NCBI GenBank assembly: GCA_000320545.1
Contig: ADNK01001727.1
Location: 38,271 to 102,270, forward strand
Origin: Bigelowiella natans CCMP2755
Taxonomy: Eukaryota > Protista > Cercozoa
DNA length: 64,000 bases
Direction of reading: 5' to 3'
Shown piece by piece: positions 57,200 to 64,000 of this stretch. The notes under the pieces are model-generated. The model ran no database searches, was not told the DNA's origin, and worked only from the letters and a program-made list of their open reading frames with translations. Each line of letters starts with the position of its first letter. The first letter of the stretch is position 1. Made by a program: the position numbers and the translations under genes.

Positions 57200-58329
57200 T
57201 GATACTCTTCTCTAAGATTACGTTCGGATGAAAGACCCCTAGAGCGACAGCAAGATACAATAACTACTTAGTCAACGATATCCGTTAATATCAATCACCA
57301 TCACCAACGGCAGAATTGGTAGTAGCACCAAAGAATATCAACGGCGTGGGGAATCTGCTACGACTGCCCTCATCCTCTTTCTCACCTTCTCATCCTTATC
57401 ATTACCATTACCATTACCATCATCATCATCATCATCATCATCATCATTCTCTCTCCATACTCAAAACCTTAGTGGACAATCGATCGATATCGCTACTATT
57501 ATTGCTACTATTCTGTTATTTTGGTGATATTTACTTTGAGGTGTAGTAAATGTTACACACTCGACATCATAATACGAACGACGAATACCTGTCCTCTCTC
57601 TCTCTCTCTTCTGTCTGTCTTTCTGAGTTGTGCCCTGGTTCTGTAAGAATTGAACATGCTATACTAGTATAATGCGTGCGTGCGTGTGTGTTAATTCTGT
57701 GCTGTATTCTCTTCTAAATCCATTGCATGAGTGTCGGTTAACTTGAGTAATTTTTGCTTTGAATGTGTATGCACGTGTGCATGTACATTGACTGTTTTTT
57801 TTAGCAGCAGCTGCTAATTGACAATTATGTTGCGTGCATGACAACTACGTACCACCTTGATGGAACATCACGTCTAACATTGGACCTAGTCGCTGCGCGA
57901 ATGGCGCTACTACTATACCGCTACATAAGCGATGTTCTGCAACCGATCCGGCCATGCGAGAGGTGTGCTACGTACACTACCATTGCTACCAAGTACTAGA
58001 GCACTAGAGTGGCTCATACCTTCATTGAAGGGGTACGTTGTTGCGATGTCGCGATGATGTGTTAGCGAGACATACATGTAGTTCAACCTCTAGCTCATCG
58101 TATGACATAAATCGAAAATGATGATGAGGTCACAGCTACGTACATAGCACATGACAGCCAGTGTCAACATCATCTAACATCACGCACGTCTGATGGCCTG
58201 GCATACACATAGCTCATCATGCAAAAACATGTGCAGCCTAGCAGCCACAAGGCCTCACGTGTAGCTATGTTGAGTAAGTAACCCCCACGCATTGTGAATG
58301 TATCTCATCACTTCACTGCAGTAATAGCA

Positions 58330-59152
58330 TTACTTCCTCTCTCCTCGTTTCCAATACCTTTTTGGGACAATTTTTCTGGCGACATCAAAATCATGCATAA
58401 CTTTTAGCCAAAGAGTACTATATCTAAAAAAGAATCTTGGAAGCAAACGCTCCTTCTTCCTCCGGAGTCTTGTTGACAAATTGCACTCCAATACAGAACC
58501 AGCACACTCGAAGCAAAATGGCACTTTTTTGGCCGTCCACATCGCATTGTATGTGTTTAGTTTGAAATCTGCTGCCCGGGAGCACTCTGCACAAATATGA
58601 GATAGGAATGTTGACTGCCATGTAGGCATACGGCGGCGAGATGCAGACTCGTCACGTGAATAACCGAAAGCTATACAAAGCTGTTTCCAAAACGTTGGGC
58701 CTTTTTGCGTGAAACAATTTACCAAGATTTGTATTATCCTAGATTCATCCAATGTTCTAGTGCGACATTTGTACCTGGTAGAATGGAAAAGTGACATTGC
58801 AGCAACAGCAGCAACAACAGTAACAGCAGAACATCGTCTCTAGTAGGGCGTTATGCATTTGTGTAAATTATAGTGCCTAATTTCTTGGTCAAGCTCTATG
58901 ATGTTCTCCGGTGCAAGGTAAGATATCATTATTGTCAAAGTATCTTCATCGAAACCTACACGGCAAGCAAGAGTGTAAGTAAAGTGAGCACACTGAAGTG
59001 ACAATTGATGCATTCACACCACATACCGGGATATTCGTTGAGTCTCTGGTGAATGTGTTAATGTTGTGGAGCTGTGCTATTACATATAAAATTTGGTTCT
59101 GTCTTGATTATCTCACCCAAAGATTCAGCATTTTTAGACACCGAGTGTTCAT
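58330..59152 (-). CDS. Small protein with an F-box-like N-terminus and a CxxC...CxxC motif, 4 exons; third intron appears to be GC-AG
   Basis: MNTRCLKMLNLW|RLNEYP|GFDEDTLTIMISYLAPENIIELDQEIR|YKCR...FWKQLC...WQSTFLSHICAEC...PFCFEC...; the start may instead be at 59131. Confidence 0.55.
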
Positions 59153-59520
59153 CACTCCTTTCCTAACAATGGCGGCGAAAACGGGTGATTATGATGGTGG
59201 TGGCGTGCTTTAGTTTCTTGTGAATTGGATTCATTCGTGATGTCGAGTTACGCTATGTGTGAACGAATGGCTTCACCCTTTTCAGCCTCTTAGAATGATG
59301 TAAATCATGGTGTGAGCGCTCCTCCCTCCTCTTTTTCATCATGCTGCTAGCACTCCTCCTCCTACAGTGTGTGCAATGTGAGATGTGATCCATAGTTTAT
59401 CTACAAACTTCATGCCATTTATCACCTGCGACATCAAAATATATTGTCGCAGATGACAACCCTCATCAGTCATAACTCCGAGGAGAGCACCTCCAATGTG
59501 ACAAAAGGCTCTCTTTGGCA

Positions 59521-60480
59521 CTGCATTTTGCACGCTGCAAGTGTCTTGCTACACTTTGGAAATGTAGTTTTTCATCATTGTTTCATTGTTTCATTGTTTC
59601 TTTCTCTCTGCTGCATGCAAACGCCTGTCTCCCATGTGGTTCTGGCGCATGTAGATTTGGTCAACGCTTTGTTCATTGTTCATTGTTCATTGTTCTTTCC
59701 TCATGTCTTTGCAGTTGCAGTTCATCATCATTGTTCACACAATTCATTGTTCATTGTTCATTGTTTTTCGGGGCACATCTTGTTGGAATGGCGAAAGAAC
59801 ATGAATCTTGAATCTTGAATCGGAGAACACTCTCACGGGCGAATCCGATGAGAGTTTGAGGAACGCTTTTCCAGGCTCACAAACTTCTAAGGAGAGGGAT
59901 CTCCGCACAATGGACACAGCAACGTGACACACACATTGCACGCATCACATTGTCTGTGATCCGCACAATGCACCCGCTTTCACTCGATTGCCCCGCGTTG
60001 CGTCAACAACAAGCCATGGCAAGCGCACGTTGATCAACCATGGACAGGCCGTGTTGTGTGCACGTTGCTAGGTTGCCCTTGTCACACGCAAACGTGCATG
60101 TGACAGACCTAACCACAAACATGCATGAGACACACCTGACTGCTGAAACCCAAAGCATTGTGCATCATTGTGATTGGTGGTCGATTTGGTGGTCTTGTGA
60201 CCACTGCACTACTGCACTCACACATTAGCAGTGCACGCACCTTGTCCATTCCAGCATCTAGATGTCATGGATGTGTGGCCAACAAGCCACACATCGCAGC
60301 ACTCACAGCGCTCACAGCGCTCACACATGAGCCATGCCAAGTGATGCATGCATCGCACGTGCAACATGGATGAGTGCACGTTTCATTGCGTGACATCAAA
60401 ACCAAAAAAAGCGTGATGTGACATGCGGCAACGCAACGCACGGCCAATCCGCGTGTTCCCATCTAGCCATGTTGTTCCAT
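59521..60480. other. TpA-depleted, CA/TG-rich intergenic tract with (TTCATTG)n short repeats
   Basis: Hand count: 10 TA dinucleotides in 960 bp, all in CTA/TAG context; ttcattg tandem runs at ~59582, ~59672 and ~59743. Confidence 0.85.
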
Positions 60481-60683
60481 GAAGTCAAATGTGCATCAAG
60501 AATGAAACATGATAAAAGACAAAGTAATAATGCAGAATTGGTACACAAGCGCCGCATCACATGGTATGCTCATGAAGCACCACATATTAGTTGTTAAGAA
60601 GCACGATTAGCACGATTAGACGCCATTACTTTCGTGTCAAACAGGTATGAACCAAAGCCACATTTCTACGCAAAGGCACTGTT

Positions 60684-62336
60684 CTATTTGTAATCCCTCT
60701 CTCCTATCTGTGGTGGCGTTGCCGTGACTGGTGTTAGGGAATGTGATGCAGCAACCGATCGCGGGACACCTAAAACTGCGCCCCATGTAACAACAGGAGT
60801 GGATGACATCTCTTCACTGCCCGGTGTAATGCCGCGAGGATGAAGGTATGAATCCTCTGTCGTAATGGTTGATCTTGCGTTATGCACAACATCGGATTCC
60901 TCGGCCAATAACTGGTTAGCGTGATCGGGGCTAACACCATAATCCTCCCTATTCCCAACAGGAAGAGGAGAAGGGCTGAGTCGGCTCTTTTTCTTTGCAT
61001 GTGAAAGAGCGATCTTTGAGGAGGCTGACGAGAGATGGTGCTGTGTATCTATCACGGCATTATTATCATCATCATAATATCTGATTTTCCCTGCTTCGGT
61101 ACACTTTGATGCGTTGTAGTTGCTTGCTTCGCTTGTGCTCGAAAGCTGCCTATACTTGATGTCAAGTTGTGTGCTACTAGTTGCAATGTTTTCACTACTT
61201 GACGATTTTCTGTGCGCTTGTCTTCTCTTTTCTCGCTCTCTCCCCTCTCTTCGGTGTAGGAGAGAGGCTGAAATCTTACTACTTCCTTGTCGATTAAACC
61301 ACGAAAGAAACTCCTTAGGATCGTTATCGCTGCTAATGATGTTGGTGCTACCTCGGAAGAGAGGATGTAAGTCGCGGATATTAAGACCATATTGTTGGAC
61401 ATACTTTTCTCTTTGCTGTTGTTCATATTGACTATGCAGCTCTTGGAATGATGCTGTGTCTTCGGATATGTGCGTGGCTAAGTACTGCTCTACCCTCATA
61501 CTCCTCCAATCGGTGTGACCAAGCCTTGGATCGAGGGAGGGAGATGGGTGGTTTTTTTTATTGTAATGATGAAATGAACTATCTGGTCTCGATCGCTGAC
61601 CGTGTGTGGAATAAGGAGATGGACTGTGTAAGAATTCAGCCGGAGACGCTGGATATAGCTTACGTAACCGGTTTTGTGTTGCTGCTGCTACTTTCGGGAA
61701 TAGCATCTCTGTTACGACGGAAGAGGGGGAGGATGAATGTGAGCGGGAAAATAAATGGTGAGACACCTCACCCCTTTGCTCCTTAATACTCTCGCTTCTT
61801 CTCCTGCCTATAATCTCCCCAGTCGGGGTTTGAGGCCCTCCTCTTTGTTCAAGGAGTGGGCTAGCAGGAGTGTGGTACCCTGGGCTCGGTGTGAGACGAC
61901 ATGGAGGGGGGGATGTTGGGGGAATAAGGGATGGAGACGACTGGGAGGGGATAGAATTGAAGTCGTTGTAATTGCTTTCTTCGATGTGGCTCCGCCGCTC
62001 TATATCTTCCAATCGCTCAGGGAAGTAGTCGCGGATTAACAGGTAGCGGAGACGACTCCAGTACTCGTTCTCTGGGAGCACCTTCATTTGCATCGGCCGA
62101 TTTCCGATCTGCATGCTCTTAGGATGGGGAAAACTGTTACTGTTCCGACGACGATGATGGCTTAAACTGTCTTCCGTCGCCTGTGGGAATTGGGAAGCTA
62201 CCATTTCCTGAGTTGAACTGCATCCCTCATAGATGGAAACAGGGTAATAGAAAGCTCGTGCCAGAAGGCAGAGAAGGAGAGACGCCTGCACCATTTCTCT
62301 CCCGTCTCCCCCTCTCGTTCCCTTTGCCCAGAACAT
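60684..62336 (-). CDS. ESS2: Splicing factor ESS2 (DGCR14/Es2)-like protein, single long ORF
   Basis: KVLPENEYWSRLRYLLIRDYFPERL, VEQYLATHISEDTASFQEL and PVVTWGAVLGVP correspond to the three conserved Es2 blocks (vL.E..Y...l..II.RDFFP; D.Fl..yTSEDN.SF; P.mTWG). The true start may be a downstream Met. Confidence 0.75.
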   Translation of the reverse strand: MFWAKGTRGGDGREMVQASLLLCLLARAFYYPVSIYEGCSSTQEMVASQFPQATEDSLSHHRRRNSNSFPHPKSMQIGNRPMQMKVLPENEYWSRLRYLLIRDYFPERLEDIERRSHIEESNYNDFNSIPSQSSPSLIPPTSPPPCRLTPSPGYHTPASPLLEQRGGPQTPTGEIIGRRRSESIKEQRGEVSHHLFSRSHSSSPSSVVTEMLFPKVAAATQNRLRKLYPASPAEFLHSPSPYSTHGQRSRPDSSFHHYNKKNHPSPSLDPRLGHTDWRSMRVEQYLATHISEDTASFQELHSQYEQQQREKYVQQYGLNIRDLHPLFRGSTNIISSDNDPKEFLSWFNRQGSSKISASLLHRREGREREKRRQAHRKSSSSENIATSSTQLDIKYRQLSSTSEASNYNASKCTEAGKIRYYDDDNNAVIDTQHHLSSASSKIALSHAKKKSRLSPSPLPVGNREDYGVSPDHANQLLAEESDVVHNARSTITTEDSYLHPRGITPGSEEMSSTPVVTWGAVLGVPRSVAASHSLTPVTATPPQIGERDYK

Positions 62337-62879
62337 TTGTTAACGCTAGAGTAGAACGCCATTCGGCAGCACTGGCTTGGCTATTTGGAGGTCTGAAGTT
62401 GTTGTTGTTGTTGTTGTTGTTTATGTTCGTGATTATGTTGTGTGAATTTATAGTCAAATCGCCGATGAAATGCAGCCGGAGACATCCTGTTCTTCTTGAC
62501 GCTAACACGAAAAATAACATGAGTCGACCTGCCCCAATGTCCTACATCAAAGGCGCTCCGGGAGGCTGGTTTTTCGAGCTTGGAACATCGTAACACGGTT
62601 ATCGACAACACTCTGTGGTGAAAATATGTCTCGGTGGGGAACCTCCGAACCCATTTTTGGATGTTTTGCCAATATGTTTTAGGTAATTTCATCGATAATA
62701 ATTTTGCTTTCGGATTGTTTTAGCAGTTATTGCTCCCACGGGCGCGCCCCCCAGCCCCGCCTTAATCAACTCGGATTCGGGGATCTACATGCTGCTTGTT
62801 AACGGGAACGGATGCGCGGGCTGTGGGGAATGAAGCGAGCAATAGATAGACACTATGATTGGAAGGGAATACTTGGGAA

Positions 62880-64000
62880 ATGTATTCCGACGATGACAGC
62901 ATGCATGTTATGATGTTGTTATTAGGAGAGGATAACTTTTACGGAAGGGAAGGGGAACACCTGCAGGAGTTACCGGATGTTTTAGAAGAAAGAGTAAGTC
63001 ACTTCTATAAAAGCGGGAGATGACTGTGCCAAATAACTAGAACATTTCTCAGAAAACATGAAATCGGCATCTGTCAATCACAGAAACATATTTGTACTCA
63101 GTGATCATTTTGTACCTAGTTGAGTTATTTTAAATATAGGAATGTTGACCCCTCCACACATTTGCTCCTTCTCAGAACTTCACGTTTAGCTTCTCGGCGG
63201 ATATATTTCGAGATGAGACCTATCAGAAGTTCAAAGAACAGAAATCGGTTGTCATACCCAACATACCGTTGAGTTGACTTTTTATATACACCAAACGTAT
63301 CCAAATATTGTGTTATACAAGCGTGTGCACTCACATAGTCAATAACACTCTCTCTTTCCCTCCTCTTTCCCCCCCTCCCTCCCCACAACATGCTACTGAT
63401 AGAATACTTGCTATATCTCAGAAGCACAAATCAGCTTCGGTCGCTAAAAAGGGAGGAGATACTGCCATTATTCGCAGCAGGGTGCTTGCACCAAAAACAA
63501 ACCAACAAACCATAAAATAAACAGAAGAAATCCAAGCAAATGTCGACACCATATCGTGAAAGAAATGCTTCGGAAGTTGTATTTCTTTGAATACATTTAA
63601 GGAAAATGACGACCATTCACCACGTCTACTACCGATAAACCCATTATTATCATCAGCGTATTTATCAGCACAATGCATATTGATATTGTATATGCAGGTA
63701 TATGGCCCGAAGTTCATGTGTGGTGGGCATCAATGCCGACTCCTTCTTTTCCCATACGGAAATCCTAACGTAGAACGGGTAGGGCAACGATATATCACCA
63801 AACAACATCATCACGAAACATGATACTCAACGTCGGATGCTGCTATCCAGCCTCTGCCATCTTCAAGTTTGAGAAATAGCTGCTTGCCCACGTGCTTACG
63901 CTCCACCACTTTTTCGAAATCACGGCCCTCCTTCTCTGTTACAGAACAGGCAATCTCTCCAGTGCTTTTGGCGTCCATCGTAGGCGATTCTAGAACCTCG
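62880..64000 (+). CDS. 5' part of a gene with a MATH/TRAF-like domain, running off the window; boundaries approximate
   Basis: Exon after cag at ~63698: VYGPKFMCGGHQCRLLLFPYGNP resembles the MATH consensus (yS..F.vGG..WRll.FP.GN). Candidate upstream exons: HTVELTFYIHQT|ILAISQK...IIRSR and 62880-62994 ending in gtaag. Confidence 0.5.

Overview
Eukaryotic (protist-like, probably SAR; organism not identifiable from the sequence alone), AT-rich, very intron-dense DNA. Introns are packed with di- and trinucleotide microsatellites, so most ORFs in the supplied track are artefacts and most real genes are chains of 25-150 nt exons that the track misses. Manual GT-AG splicing gives about 13 genes: kinesin(-), unknown multi-exon gene(+), TTC5(-), CAMK-type kinase(+), SWEET(-), PPR protein(+), secreted alpha/beta-hydrolase(-), DUF1853-like PD-(D/E)XK-type protein(+), CDIN1/C15orf41-like(-), EamA/SLC35G-like transporter(+), F-box-like Cys-motif protein(-), ESS2-like(-) and a partial MATH-domain gene(+). 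Main observations: (1) a normally bacterial DUF1853-like nuclease-fold gene in about 20 micro-exons, lying tail-to-tail with another PD-(D/E)XK-type gene, CDIN1; (2) near-perfect strand alternation of the genes; (3) microsatellite-poor, CA/TG/CTAG-rich tracts in every convergent spacer, the extreme case being about 1 kb where TpA survives only as CTA/TAG, which suggests a context-specific mutational process; (4) short tandem duplications that copy splice acceptors. No rRNA, tRNA, CRISPR array or intact transposon was recognised. All exon boundaries were read by hand and are unverified.
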